Positions 32,279-42,622 of a DNA stretch of 64,000 bases are shown here, piece by piece. Origin of the DNA: an uncultured Actinomycetes bacterium (GTDB lineage Bacteria > Actinomycetota > Thermoleophilia > UBA2241); assembly GCA_963725665.1 (NCBI GenBank), contig CAVRZA010000004.1, forward strand, positions 256,001 to 320,000, in the 5' to 3' direction. The position numbers were made by a program, and so were the translations under genes. The notes under the pieces are model-generated. The model did not search any database, was not told the DNA's origin, and saw only the letters and a program-made list of their open reading frames with translations. Each line of letters opens with the position of its first letter. Positions within the stretch are counted from its first letter, which is position 1.

Positions 32279-33054
32279 GCGTGCGGCCCTGCGAGAGTCC
32301 ACTGCCGTTCGGCCGCGTGCTCGTCGCCGGCGAGGGGCGCCACTGCCTGTTCGACGGTGAGTGCGTGCGCCTGCTCGACGGGCCTGCCTATCTGGATGAC
32401 ACGCGTGAGACCGGGGAGGTGGGCCTCGGCACGTTCGAGCTGCTGGCTCCGGTCACGCCCTCGAAGATCGTCTGCGGGGGCCTCAACTACAAGGCCCACG
32501 CCGCCGAGTTCGACCAGGAGGTGCCCGACGAACCGCTGCTCTTCCTCAAGCCATCGTCGGCCGTGATCGGCCCCGGCGAGGCGGTGGTGCTGCCCTGCCA
32601 GTCGGAGCGTGTCGACTACGAGGCGGAGCTGGCGCTCGTCGTCGGGCGTCGCTGCCGGCAGGTGCAGGCCGGCGAGGCGGCGAGCTTCGTGGCCGGCTAC
32701 ACCTGCGGCAACGACGTGACGGCGCGCGACCTGCAGGCCAGGGACGGGCAGTGGACGAGGTCGAAGTCGTTCGACACGTTCTGTCCGTTGGGACCTAACG
32801 TGGTGAGGTCGGCGCCGGCCGAGACCGCGGTCGTGGCCGCGCTGCTCGACGGAGTCGAAGTGCAGCGCGCCCTTGTCGCGGACCTGCTCTTCTCGCCCCT
32901 CGACCTGCTCGCCTTCGTCAGCTCGGTCATGACGCTCGAGCCCGGCGACGTGATCATGACGGGGACGCCGCCGGGCGTGGGACCGCTGCGCCGCGGCCAG
33001 ACCATCACCGTCGAGGTCGACGGTGTCGGGTCGCTAACGAACCCCGTGGCCTGA
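32275..33054 (+). CDS. Fumarylacetoacetate hydrolase family protein
   Basis: DYEAEL, NDVTARD, KSFDTFCPLGP and TGTP motifs. Confidence 0.9.
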   Translation: MSVRPCESPLPFGRVLVAGEGRHCLFDGECVRLLDGPAYLDDTRETGEVGLGTFELLAPVTPSKIVCGGLNYKAHAAEFDQEVPDEPLLFLKPSSAVIGPGEAVVLPCQSERVDYEAELALVVGRRCRQVQAGEAASFVAGYTCGNDVTARDLQARDGQWTRSKSFDTFCPLGPNVVRSAPAETAVVAALLDGVEVQRALVADLLFSPLDLLAFVSSVMTLEPGDVIMTGTPPGVGPLRRGQTITVEVDGVGSLTNPVA

Positions 33055-33103
33055 AGCGACGTGGACCGCCGGCTCGGCCTGGCGATAGAATGGACCTCTG
33101 TAC

Positions 33104-36100
33104 ATGGCTTCCGGCTTCGTCCATCTCCACGTCCACAGCGAGTACTCGCTCCTCGACGGCGCTTGCCGCGTCCCAGCTCTAGTCGACCGAGTGCGCGAGC
33201 TCGGCATGCCGGCGGTGGCGCTGACCGACCATGGCTCGCTCGCGGGGACCGTGCAGTTCTACAGCGAGGCGCGCAAGGCCGGGGTGAAGCCGATCATCGG
33301 TCTCGAGCTGTACATCGTCGACGACCGTCTCAACCGCCAGAGCGTGCGCGAGGAGCGCTTCCATCTGACGCTCCTCGCGCGCGACGCACACGGCTACCGC
33401 AACCTGGTCGAGCTCTCCACGACGGCCTACCTCGAGGGGTACTGGTACAAGCCGCGCGCCGACTGGCAGCTCCTCTCGCAGCACCACGCGGGCCTCATCT
33501 GTCTCACGGGCTGCATGACGGGGCGCATCGCGCGCCTCGTGCGTGAGGCCCGCGGCGACGAGGCGCTCGCCGAGGTGCTCCGCCTGAAGGAGCTGTTCGG
33601 CTCCGACGACCTCTACGTCGAGTTGCAGGACGCCGGCCTGCCCGAGCAGCGCGAGCTGGTGCCCAAGCTCGTCGCGCTGGCGGGGCAGGCCGGCGTGAAG
33701 ACGGCGGCCACGAACGACGTGCACTACTTGCGCCACGAGGACGCCCACGCGCACGACGCGCTGCTCTGCATCCAGACGCAAAGCATGCTCGACGACGAGA
33801 ACCGCATGCGCTACGGCAGCGACGAGTTCTTCCTCAAGACCGCGGAGGAGATGCGCGAGCGCTTCGCGGCCTACCCCGAGGCCTGCGACGCGACGCTCGA
33901 GATAGCCGAGCGCTGCGCCGTCGAGCTCGAGTTCGGGCGCATCCTGCTGCCGAGCTATCCCGTCCCCGAGGGGGAGACCGAGGAGGGGTACCTGCGCGCG
34001 CTCTGCGAGCTGGGCGTGCGTCAGCGCTATGGGGCGCAGCCCGGACCCGAGGTGCGCGAGCGTCTCGACTACGAGCTCAAGGTCATCTCCGAGATGGGCT
34101 TCAGCGCCTACTTCCTCATCGTCTGGGACTTCGTCAAGTTCGCCAAGGACAACGGCATCGCCGTCGGTCCGGGCCGCGGGTCGGCGGCGGGGAGCATCGT
34201 CTCCTACGTCCTGAGCATCACCGATCTCGACCCGCTCAAGTACGACCTGCTCTTCGAGCGCTTCCTGAACCCGGGGCGCAAGTCGATGCCCGACATCGAC
34301 ATGGACTTCTCGGTCGAGCGCCGCGACGAGGTCATCGAGTACGTGGCCCAGAAGTACGGCCGCGACCGCGTGGCCCAGATCATCACCTTCGGCACCATGG
34401 CGGCGCGCGCCGCGACGCGAGACGCGGCGCGCGTCATGGGCCTGCCCTACGCGGTCGGCGACCGCATCGCCAAGATGATCCCCGAGCAGGCGCCGCCGGC
34501 GACCTTCGAGCAGGCCATGGCGCCCGGCGGCGAGCTGCGGCGGGCCTATGAGAGCGACCAGCAGGTCAAGGAGGCCGTCGACCTCGCGCGGGCGCTCGAG
34601 GGACTCATCCGCAACGACTCCATCCACGCCGCCGGCGTGGTCATCTCCGACAAACCGCTCACCGAGTACGTCCCGTTGCAGCAGAAGGGCGAGGCCGAGA
34701 TCGTCACCCAGTTCAGCATGGACGACGTGGCGAAGCTGGGGCTCCTCAAGATGGACTTCCTCGGCCTGCGCAACCTCGACGTCATCGAGGCGGCCCTGGG
34801 GCTCATCGAGAATAGCCGGGGCGTCTGCGTCGACATGACGACGCTGCCTCTCGACGACGCGAAGACCTACGAGATGCTGCGCCGCGGTGACGCCCTGGGC
34901 GTCTTCCAGTTCGAGTCGGGTGGCATGCGCGACGCGCTGCGCGAGGTCGGGCCGACGCAGTTCGAAGACCTGATCGCCATCGTGGCTCTCTACCGGCCCG
35001 GACCGATGCAGTACATCCCTGCCTACGCGCGCAACAAGAGGGATCCGGGAGCGGTGGTCTACGACCACGAGCTGCTGCGCCCGATCCTCGAGTCGACGCA
35101 CGGGGTGACGATCTACCAGGAGCAATACATGGCCATCGCCCGCCGCGTGGCCGGCTTCACCCCGGCGCAGGCGGACGATCTGCGCAAGGCCATCGGCAAG
35201 AAGGACAAGAAGCTGATGGCCACGCTCAAGGAGCCCCTCATGGCGGGTCTGCGCGCGAGCGGCGTGCCGCAGCAGGTCATCAACAGGCTGTGGAGCAACT
35301 TCGAGGCCACGGGCGACTACTCGTTCAACAAGAGCCACGCCGCCTGTTACGCGCTCATCAGCTACCGCACAGCCTTCCTCAAGGCCAACTACCCGGTCGA
35401 GTACATGGCGGCGCTGATCTCGAGCGTCATGAACACCAAGGACAAGGTGCCGTTCTACGTCAACGCCTGCCACGAGATGGCGATCGAGGTCTTGCCGCCG
35501 GACGTCAACGAGAGCGACGTCGGGTTCACCGTGGTCGGCGGCAAGATCCGCTTCGGACTCAATGCGGTGAAGGGCGTGGGGAGGGGGGCCATCGAGGCGA
35601 TCGTCGCCGCGCGCGCCGACGGCCCCTTCACCTCGCTGTACGACTTCTGCGCCCGCGTCGACTCGGCCCTGGTCAACAAGCGGACGCTGGAGGCTCTCAT
35701 CAAGAGCGGAGCCCTCGATTCCACCGGCGACACGCGGCGCGGCATGCTCGCGGCGCTGCCCGCCGCGGCCAGCGAGGGGGAGCGCCGGCGCAAGGACCGG
35801 GCCGTGGGCCAGGTCGATCTCTTCGCCCACGCCGAGGTCGAGGAGACCCACCACGCGCCCATCTCGCGTGAGGAGTTCGAGCGCGAGACGCTGCTGCGCT
35901 GCGAGAAGGAGGCGCTGGGGCTGTACGTCTCTTCGCACCCGTTGCAGGGCCTGCGCCAGCAGCTCAAGGACGAGGTAGACGCCACCGTGAGCGAGCTGGC
36001 CGACATGCCCGACGGGACCATCCTCTGGACCGGCGGCGTCATCTCCGGTCTGCAGCGGCGGCCGACGCGCAGCGGCGGCATCATGGTCATCTTCCGCCTC

Positions 36101-36511
36101 GACGACGTCGACGGCGGCATCGAGGTAGTGGCCTTCAACACCGTGGCGGAGCAGTACGCCGAGCTCCTGCGCGAGGACGCCATCGTCAAGGTGAAGGGCC
36201 GTCTCGACCGCAAGAGCGAGGACGAGACCAAGCTGATCGCTATGGAGGTGCGGCCGTTCGGCGGCGTCAGCGAGTCGCGACCGCTGACGGTGACCGTCGA
36301 CGCCGACCGCGTGCAACTCGCCCTGCTGCAGGAGCTCAAGGAGATCCTCGCCTCGTTCCCGGGTCAGGTGCCCGTCGTCCTACAGATGGAGTCGCTCCAG
36401 GGCCAGCAGCGGCTGCGCATCGGCGATGGCTATCGCGTGGCCCCAGTGGGCGGCCTCTACGCCGAGCTCAAGGCGCTGCTCGGCGAGAGCTGCATCCAGA
36501 TCGCTTGCTAG
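33104..36511 (+). CDS. dnaE: DNA polymerase III alpha subunit
   Basis: PHP HLHVHSEYSLLDG, GRGSAAGS, PDIDMDF and FNKSH motifs; OB fold. Confidence 0.97.
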   Translation: MASGFVHLHVHSEYSLLDGACRVPALVDRVRELGMPAVALTDHGSLAGTVQFYSEARKAGVKPIIGLELYIVDDRLNRQSVREERFHLTLLARDAHGYRNLVELSTTAYLEGYWYKPRADWQLLSQHHAGLICLTGCMTGRIARLVREARGDEALAEVLRLKELFGSDDLYVELQDAGLPEQRELVPKLVALAGQAGVKTAATNDVHYLRHEDAHAHDALLCIQTQSMLDDENRMRYGSDEFFLKTAEEMRERFAAYPEACDATLEIAERCAVELEFGRILLPSYPVPEGETEEGYLRALCELGVRQRYGAQPGPEVRERLDYELKVISEMGFSAYFLIVWDFVKFAKDNGIAVGPGRGSAAGSIVSYVLSITDLDPLKYDLLFERFLNPGRKSMPDIDMDFSVERRDEVIEYVAQKYGRDRVAQIITFGTMAARAATRDAARVMGLPYAVGDRIAKMIPEQAPPATFEQAMAPGGELRRAYESDQQVKEAVDLARALEGLIRNDSIHAAGVVISDKPLTEYVPLQQKGEAEIVTQFSMDDVAKLGLLKMDFLGLRNLDVIEAALGLIENSRGVCVDMTTLPLDDAKTYEMLRRGDALGVFQFESGGMRDALREVGPTQFEDLIAIVALYRPGPMQYIPAYARNKRDPGAVVYDHELLRPILESTHGVTIYQEQYMAIARRVAGFTPAQADDLRKAIGKKDKKLMATLKEPLMAGLRASGVPQQVINRLWSNFEATGDYSFNKSHAACYALISYRTAFLKANYPVEYMAALISSVMNTKDKVPFYVNACHEMAIEVLPPDVNESDVGFTVVGGKIRFGLNAVKGVGRGAIEAIVAARADGPFTSLYDFCARVDSALVNKRTLEALIKSGALDSTGDTRRGMLAALPAAASEGERRRKDRAVGQVDLFAHAEVEETHHAPISREEFERETLLRCEKEALGLYVSSHPLQGLRQQLKDEVDATVSELADMPDGTILWTGGVISGLQRRPTRSGGIMVIFRLDDVDGGIEVVAFNTVAEQYAELLREDAIVKVKGRLDRKSEDETKLIAMEVRPFGGVSESRPLTVTVDADRVQLALLQELKEILASFPGQVPVVLQMESLQGQQRLRIGDGYRVAPVGGLYAELKALLGESCIQIAC

Positions 36512-36677
36512 ACCGGTTCCGGCGCCGGGGACGAGCGGCTACACCTGTGCGCTGGTCTGCCGCTGTCGCCGAGCGCCGACGGGAGAGTGCCCCCTCGGAC
36601 AGCGTGCTTGGGCCTGCGCTTCGCGGGTAGAGTACAGGTTCCGAGGCCCTCGAAGCGGGCAGCGGGGAGGGACAGGC

Positions 36678-37982
36678 GTGAGGCGCCTTGAGCTGACCGA
36701 CATAGCGGCAACGGTCGCCGAGCTGCGCTCGGTGGCGCCGGCGCGCAGCGACGTGCGCGCGGCGGTCGAGGAGATCGTGGGCGAGGTGCGGCGGCAGGGC
36801 GACGAGGCGCTGCGGCGCCTCACCGAGCGCCTCGACGACGTCGCCCTGCCGCCGCACCTCGCCGTCCCGCCCGAGAAGATGCTTGCCGCGCTGCGCGAGC
36901 TCGACCCCGAGCTGCGCTCGGCCCTCGAGCTCGCCGTCGCCAACATCCGCGCCTATCACGAGCGTGAGGCGCCCGTCTCGTGGCGCGAGACGTTGGCGCA
37001 GGGCCAGACGGTGGGCCAGGAGATCGTGCCGCTGGCCGTCGCAGGCCTCTACGTGCCCGGCGGCCTTGCCGACTATCCCTCGACGGTGCTGATGACCGCC
37101 ATACCGGCACAGGTCGCCGGCGTCGGCAGGCTGGTCGTCTGCTCGGCGCCGCGGCCCGGCGGCGGCGTGGCCGCCGGGGTGGCCGCGGCCTGCGCCCTGC
37201 TGGGCATCACCGACCTGTTCCCGATCGGCGGCGCCCAGGCCGTGGCGGCCATGGCCTACGGCACCGCGCAGGTCCCGCGCTGCGACATCGTGGTCGGTCC
37301 GGGCAACGCCTTCGTCACCGAGGCCAAGCGGCAGGTGATGGGCGACGTGGCGATCGACGGGCTCGCCGGTCCCAGCGAGGTGCTCATCGTCGCCGGCAAG
37401 GGGGCGCGGCCCACCTGGCTGGCTGCAGACCTGCTGGCGCAGGCCGAGCACGGCGCCGGGGCCTCGGGAGTGTTGCTCGACGTGGGCGGCTCGTTGCTCG
37501 ACCGGGTGGAGGCGGAGGTGCGACGCCTCGGCGAGGAGCTGAAGGTTTCCCTCGGCGGTGTGACCTTGGTCGCGTGTCCCTCGCTCGATGACGCGCTCGC
37601 CTTGGTGGACGCCTTCGCTCCTGAGCACCTCGAGCTGCATCTCGACGACGCCGCGGCGCTCGTGCCGCGCGTGCGCGCCGCCGGCGCGGTCTTCGTCGGA
37701 CCATCGACCGCCACGGCGTTCGCCGACTACGGCGCCGGCACCAACCACGTGCTGCCCACGGGCGGCTCGGCCCGCTTCGCGCAGGGCCTTTCGGTGGTCC
37801 ATTTCCAGAGACGCGTGGGGGTGCTCGAGGTAGATGAGGGCTCGGCGTCTCGTCTGGCGCGAGCCGTTGCCGCGATCGCCGGGGAGGAGGGTCTACGCTC
37901 TCACGCGCGCTCGGCGCTGCTCCGGCTCGAGGACGGGCCCGACGCCGAGACGAGCGCCGCGAGGAGCATCGGAGAGAGGTGA
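36678..37982 (+). CDS. hisD: Histidinol dehydrogenase
   Basis: YVPGG, GPGN, AGPSE, QAEH, APEHLE and GTNHVLPT motifs. Confidence 0.93.
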   Translation: MRRLELTDIAATVAELRSVAPARSDVRAAVEEIVGEVRRQGDEALRRLTERLDDVALPPHLAVPPEKMLAALRELDPELRSALELAVANIRAYHEREAPVSWRETLAQGQTVGQEIVPLAVAGLYVPGGLADYPSTVLMTAIPAQVAGVGRLVVCSAPRPGGGVAAGVAAACALLGITDLFPIGGAQAVAAMAYGTAQVPRCDIVVGPGNAFVTEAKRQVMGDVAIDGLAGPSEVLIVAGKGARPTWLAADLLAQAEHGAGASGVLLDVGGSLLDRVEAEVRRLGEELKVSLGGVTLVACPSLDDALALVDAFAPEHLELHLDDAAALVPRVRAAGAVFVGPSTATAFADYGAGTNHVLPTGGSARFAQGLSVVHFQRRVGVLEVDEGSASRLARAVAAIAGEEGLRSHARSALLRLEDGPDAETSAARSIGER

Positions 37983-37992
37983 AAGTGCGGCG

Positions 37993-38589
37993 ATGACAGA
38001 GGCAGGACCCAGGGTGGCCGCGGTCGCCCGAACCACCAGCGAGACGACGGTCTCGGTGCGACTCGACCTCGAAGGCGGGGGCACCGCTCGGGTCGAGACC
38101 GGCATCCGGTTCCTCGATCACATGCTGGAGCTCTTCGCCCACCACAGCGGATTCGGACTCGAGGTGCGCGCCACCGGCGACCTCGACGTCGGCGGCCATC
38201 ACACCGTCGAGGACATCGGCCTCGCCCTCGGACAGGCGCTGCGCGAGGCGGTGGGAGAGAAGCGCGGCATCCGTCGCTACGGGTTCTTCATGCTGCCCAT
38301 GGACGAGGCGCTGGTGCAGGTCGCTATCGAATTCTCGGGGAGGCCCTTCTTTGCCCACAACTTCGAGCTCTCGGGGCTCCGCGTCGGCGACTTCGACGCC
38401 GAGCTCACGAGCCACTTCTTCCAGTCGCTTGTCAACGAGGCGGCCTTGACGCTGCACATCAGGCTGATCAGCGGGAGCGACACGCACCACATCGTCGAGG
38501 CCGTCTTCAAGGGGGTGGCCCGCGCTCTCGGCGTGGCTTGCGAGCGCCACGACCACGACGACCTGCCCTCGGCCAAGGTCGTCCCTTAG
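37993..38589 (+). CDS. hisB: Imidazoleglycerol-phosphate dehydratase
   Basis: FLDHML, HHTVED, PMDEAL and HHIVEA motifs. Confidence 0.94.
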   Translation: MTEAGPRVAAVARTTSETTVSVRLDLEGGGTARVETGIRFLDHMLELFAHHSGFGLEVRATGDLDVGGHHTVEDIGLALGQALREAVGEKRGIRRYGFFMLPMDEALVQVAIEFSGRPFFAHNFELSGLRVGDFDAELTSHFFQSLVNEAALTLHIRLISGSDTHHIVEAVFKGVARALGVACERHDHDDLPSAKVVP

Positions 38590-38707
38590 GAGGCGCCCGA
38601 GGCTCGAGGCACGTCGGGCGCGGCCTTTCCTCTTATCTCGCCCCGCCTACGGCCGAAAGGGAGTGGGGATGAGTCGACAGGCGAGGCTGGCGACTGAAGG
38701 AGTGCCC

Positions 38708-38938
38708 GTGGAGGCGCTTTCTGAGATCGTCCTCATCGACTACGGCCGGGGTCACCTAGCCGCGCGCTGCGCCGCCGTCGCCGTGGTGGCCGGCGTGACG
38801 AACCACGGCGGCGGCGTGGTCGCCGCCGTAGCGCGCGACGCTGTCTGGGCGGTACAGTTCCACCCAGAGAAGAGCTCGTCGGTCGGGCTGCTCCTGGCCA
38901 ACTTCATGGCGCCGGTGCGAAAGGAGCGTGCAAGGTGA
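38708..38938 (+). pseudogene. hisH: hisH stub: in-frame internal deletion, 76 aa
   Basis: N-terminal [11 protein letters not shown] joined to C-terminal [15 protein letters not shown]; the catalytic GICLG region is missing. Confidence 0.85.
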
Positions 38939-39654
38939 AACTGTTCCCTGCCATCGACATCCAGGAAGGCCGCGCCGTCCGGCTGCGGCGCGGCGACTTC
39001 GCCGATGCGACCGTCTTCGCCGACGACCCCGTGGAGCAGGCGCGCGACTGGGAGCGGCAGGGGGCTGACGCGTTGCACGTCGTCGACCTCGACGGGGCTC
39101 GGCGAGGCACCCTGGTCAACTTCGACATCGTGGGCGCCATCGTCGACGCGGTCGGCATCCCCGTCGAGTACGGCGGCGGCGTGCGCAGCTCCGAGACGCT
39201 CCAGACGGTGGCGGCGAGCGGGGTCGAGTGGGTCGTACTGGGCACCGCCGCCGTCACGGACCTCGACCTTCTCGACGAGGCCCTGCGCGTGCTCGGCCCA
39301 CGGCTCGTCGTGGGCGTCGACTGCGAAAGCGGCATTGTCGCCACGCACGGCTGGCAGGAGCGCTCCGAGATGAGCGCCCTGCACTTCGTGCACCTGCTCA
39401 AGGATCGGGGAGTGCGGCGCATCGTCTACACCGACGTGCTGCGTGACGGCATGCTCGAGGGGCCCAACCTGGAGGGGCTCCACGAGCTGACGGAAGGGAC
39501 CCAGCTCGAGGTCGTCATGTCGGGCGGTATCAGTCGCCTCGAAGACCTGCGCTGGGTCAAGCGCGAGGCACCCGATGTGGTGGCCATCATCGTCGGCCGT
39601 GCCCTGTACGAGGGTGCCTTCACGCTCGCTCAGGCCAAGGCCGCCCTCGCCTAG
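38935..39654 (+). CDS. hisA: ProFAR isomerase
   Basis: [31 protein letters not shown] and SGG motifs. Confidence 0.94.
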   Translation: MKLFPAIDIQEGRAVRLRRGDFADATVFADDPVEQARDWERQGADALHVVDLDGARRGTLVNFDIVGAIVDAVGIPVEYGGGVRSSETLQTVAASGVEWVVLGTAAVTDLDLLDEALRVLGPRLVVGVDCESGIVATHGWQERSEMSALHFVHLLKDRGVRRIVYTDVLRDGMLEGPNLEGLHELTEGTQLEVVMSGGISRLEDLRWVKREAPDVVAIIVGRALYEGAFTLAQAKAALA

Positions 39655-39824
39655 TGGCCACGCGCCGCGTCATCCCCTGTCTCGACGTCCTCGACGGCCG
39701 GGTCGTGAAGGGCGTCCGGCTCGTGGGGGTGCGCGACGCCGGCGATCCGGTCGAGCTCGCGGTGCGCTACGACCGCGACGACTGCGACGAGCTCGTCTTT
39801 CCTAGGTCGGGCTGCGACGGGTGA
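39654..39824 (+). pseudogene. hisF: hisF stub, 56 aa
   Basis: [29 protein letters not shown]....DELVF, then abrupt end; not in the supplied ORF track. Confidence 0.88.
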
Positions 39825-40516
39825 GCGGGCCGCGGCGTGTCGCGCTGGCGGACCTGGGGCCGGCCGACGGCCTGCGCCTCATCGACCTCGTGGCCGAGGC
39901 CGGCCTGGTCTGCTTCCCGACCGACACACTCTACGGCATCGGCGGGCTGCTACGACCGTCGGTCGGGCGGCGCGTCTACGAAGCCAAACGGCGCGCCGCC
40001 GACAAACCTCTCCAGGTCATCTTCCCGACCGTCGAGGCCTTGGTCGGCGCGGTTGCGCTGGGCAGGCGGACGCTCGACGCGGTGCGGCGGCTGCTCCCCG
40101 GTGGGCTGACGCTGCTCCTCCCCTACCCTGTGGGGCTCGACTACCCGCCGCCGGGCAAGGTCGAGGTGCCGGGGAAGGGGCAGCGCCGGCGTGAGGTCGA
40201 GACGCTGGGCGTGCGCGTGCCGCGCTGGCCCGAGGCTGCCCGCGTGCTCGGCGCGCTCAGCCTTCCCTTGCTCGGCTCCAGCGCCAACGTGAGCGGCGGG
40301 CCGCCGGCGCGCAGCCTCGACGAGGTCGATGCCGAGATCAGGGCGGCGTGCGATCTCTTGCTCGATGCCGGACCCGTGGCCGGGGTGCCGTCGACGGTCG
40401 TCGACCTGACCACCTACGGGCAGGGGCGGCGCTGGCGCGTCCTGCGCACGGGAGCGGTGGGCGAGGACGAGGTACGCGAGATGCTCGAACGCAGGCGCGA
40501 GGACCTGCCGCGGTGA
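39821..40516 (+). CDS. tsaC: L-threonylcarbamoyladenylate synthase (YrdC/Sua5)
   Basis: [25 protein letters not shown] and PSTVVD motifs. Confidence 0.88.
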   Translation: MSGPRRVALADLGPADGLRLIDLVAEAGLVCFPTDTLYGIGGLLRPSVGRRVYEAKRRAADKPLQVIFPTVEALVGAVALGRRTLDAVRRLLPGGLTLLLPYPVGLDYPPPGKVEVPGKGQRRREVETLGVRVPRWPEAARVLGALSLPLLGSSANVSGGPPARSLDEVDAEIRAACDLLLDAGPVAGVPSTVVDLTTYGQGRRWRVLRTGAVGEDEVREMLERRREDLPR

Positions 40517-40532
40517 TAGGCTGCATGGCACC

Positions 40533-41420
40533 ATGAGACGGCTGCCGTTCCAACAGGTCGACGTGTTCACCGAGCGCCCGTTCGCGGGCAATCCCCTGGC
40601 CGTGTTCACCGAGGCGGAAGGCTTGGGCGAGCGCGAGATGCAGGAGATCGCCCGCGAGATGAACCTCTCTGAAACGACGTTCGTCTCGCCTCCGCAGGGT
40701 TCGGGTGACGCGCGCGTGCGCATCTTCACGCCCGAGACCGAGCTGCCGTTCGCCGGTCACCCGAGCGTCGGCACCGCCTGGCTGCTTGTGCACCTGGATC
40801 TGGTTACGGTGCGTGAACCGGTGACGACCGTGGTCCTCGAGCTGGGCGTCGGGCCGACCGCCGTCGACGTCTCCGTCGTCGGCGGTCGGCCGACCAGTGG
40901 CCTCGTGCACCAGGGGCCGGCGGAGTTCGGCGAGGAGATCTCGGCGAGCGAGGCGGCGGCGGTGCTCGGTCTGCAAGGGAGCGACCTGCACGAAGAGCTC
41001 GTCCCCCGTGTCGTCGGCACCGGGCTCTCCTACGCCATCATCCCGCTGCGCAGCACCCGGACCCTCGCTCGCGCGTGGTTCGACATCGCCTTGCTGCCCG
41101 AGTTCGAGCGCGCCCATGCCGAGGTCTACCCCTTCGCGTTCACGGGCGAGGAGGAGCCGTGGGTGGCTGCTCGCGGTCTCTTCCCCCTGGTCGGCATCCC
41201 TGAGGACCCGGCGACCGGCAGCGCGGCGGGCCCGCTGGCGGCCTACCTGGCGCGCGCCGGGCTGCTGCCGGCTGGGGCGGCCCGCGTGGTCGCCCAGGGC
41301 GACCACGCGGGCCGCCCCAGCCGGCTCACCGTCTCCGTGACCGAGGAGCACGGACGTATCGTCGACGTGCAGGTCGCCGGCGGGGTGGTGCCGGTGCTCT
41401 CGGGCGTGCTCGAGCTGTAG
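40533..41420 (+). CDS. PhzF-family isomerase/epimerase
   Basis: VDVFT..FAGNP, NLSETTF, ELPFAGHP and EDPATGSA motifs. Confidence 0.92.
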   Translation: MRRLPFQQVDVFTERPFAGNPLAVFTEAEGLGEREMQEIAREMNLSETTFVSPPQGSGDARVRIFTPETELPFAGHPSVGTAWLLVHLDLVTVREPVTTVVLELGVGPTAVDVSVVGGRPTSGLVHQGPAEFGEEISASEAAAVLGLQGSDLHEELVPRVVGTGLSYAIIPLRSTRTLARAWFDIALLPEFERAHAEVYPFAFTGEEEPWVAARGLFPLVGIPEDPATGSAAGPLAAYLARAGLLPAGAARVVAQGDHAGRPSRLTVSVTEEHGRIVDVQVAGGVVPVLSGVLEL

Positions 41421-41626
41421 AGGAAGCCTGCGATCCGGCCTGAGGCCGCCACGGCCGTGTCGACCGGTTCCGCGCCGCCCCTCGGCCCTCGTCTAGCTCC
41501 GCTTTGGTAGAATCGGCCGTGATCGAGAGTGTTGCTCGTGCCCGCCCGACGCCACCGCCCGACCGCCGTCGTGACGCGCGCCCGGGCCCCCGCTCGAGCG
41601 GCGCCCTGAGCAGGGAGGAGGACGGG

Positions 41627-42076
41627 ATGAGGATCGCGGCTGGAGCCGATCACGCCGGCTTCGAGCTCAAGGACGCGCTGGTCGTGCGCCTGCGAGAAGC
41701 GGGCCACGAGGTCGTCGATGTGGGCACGAGCTCGCCGGAATCGGTCGACTATCCGACCTTCGCTCACGCGGTCGCCCGGAGCGTGGCTGCCGGAGATGTC
41801 GACCGCGGCCTGCTCGTCTGCGGCACGGGCATCGGCATGTGCATGGCGGCGAACCGCCATCCCGGGGTCCGGGCCGCCGACTGCTTCACGGAGCACCTCG
41901 CCGAGCTGTCGCGCCGCCACAACGACGCCAATGTCCTCTGTCTGGCGGGGCGCAGCCTCGACGAGGGAGAGGCGTGGGCGATCACCGAGCTCTGGCTCGC
42001 CACGCCCTTCGAGGGCGACCGTCACGCGCGGCGCGTCGCTCAGATCGACGAGACGACCGCCGCAGAGGAGGCCTGA
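41627..42076 (+). CDS. rpiB: Ribose-5-phosphate isomerase B
   Basis: DHAG, DYP, CGTGIG, HNDAN and RHARRV motifs. Confidence 0.93.
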   Translation: MRIAAGADHAGFELKDALVVRLREAGHEVVDVGTSSPESVDYPTFAHAVARSVAAGDVDRGLLVCGTGIGMCMAANRHPGVRAADCFTEHLAELSRRHNDANVLCLAGRSLDEGEAWAITELWLATPFEGDRHARRVAQIDETTAAEEA

Positions 42077-42130
42077 CGTCGTGTCGCCGGTCGCCCTGGA
42101 GTGGCGCCGCGAGCGGCTCTACGAGTCGTC

Positions 42131-42622
42131 GTGAGCCCGGACGGCGCAGACCGCCTCGAGGAGGCGCCGGGTCGCGAGCGGCCCAGCTGGCACGAGTACT
42201 TCCTGCAGCTTGCGCGGCAGGCCTCGAGCCGGTCGACCTGCCTTCGTCGCCAGGTCGGCGCCGTGCTCGTGCGCGACAAGCGCATCCTTGCGACGGGTTA
42301 CAACGGGGCTCCGCGCGGTATCGCACACTGCCTCGACGTGGGCTGCCTGCGCGAGGAGCTCGGCGTGCCTTCCGGCGAGCGTCACGAGCTCTGCCGCGCC
42401 ATCCACGCGGAGCAGAACGCCATCATCCAGGCGGCCATCCACGGCGTGGCTATCGAGGGTTCGACGCTCTACTGCACCCACCAGCCGTGCATCCTGTGCG
42501 CCAAGATGATCATCAACTCCGGCGTCAAGGAGATCTACTTCGCCGAGGGGTACCCAGACGAGCTGTCGCTGGCCATGTTCTCTGAGGCCGGCGTCGCTCT
42601 GCATCGCGAGGAGGTCCCATAG
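42131..42622 (+). CDS. dCMP deaminase (ComEB family)
   Basis: RPSW..YF, RSTC.RRQVGA, GYNG, HAEQNA and PC..C motifs. Confidence 0.92.
   Translation: MSPDGADRLEEAPGRERPSWHEYFLQLARQASSRSTCLRRQVGAVLVRDKRILATGYNGAPRGIAHCLDVGCLREELGVPSGERHELCRAIHAEQNAIIQAAIHGVAIEGSTLYCTHQPCILCAKMIINSGVKEIYFAEGYPDELSLAMFSEAGVALHREEVP

Noticed and set aside
33179-36316. 1045-aa antisense ORF, and many similar shadow ORFs in the track
   Set aside because: Mirror frames of real high-GC genes; no motifs or ribosome-binding sites
33104-36511. Intein or split in dnaE
   Set aside because: Normal length and continuous motifs
41515-41615. ZTP or SAH riboswitch upstream of rpiB
   Set aside because: Only scattered short matches; conserved cores and pseudoknot pairings are absent
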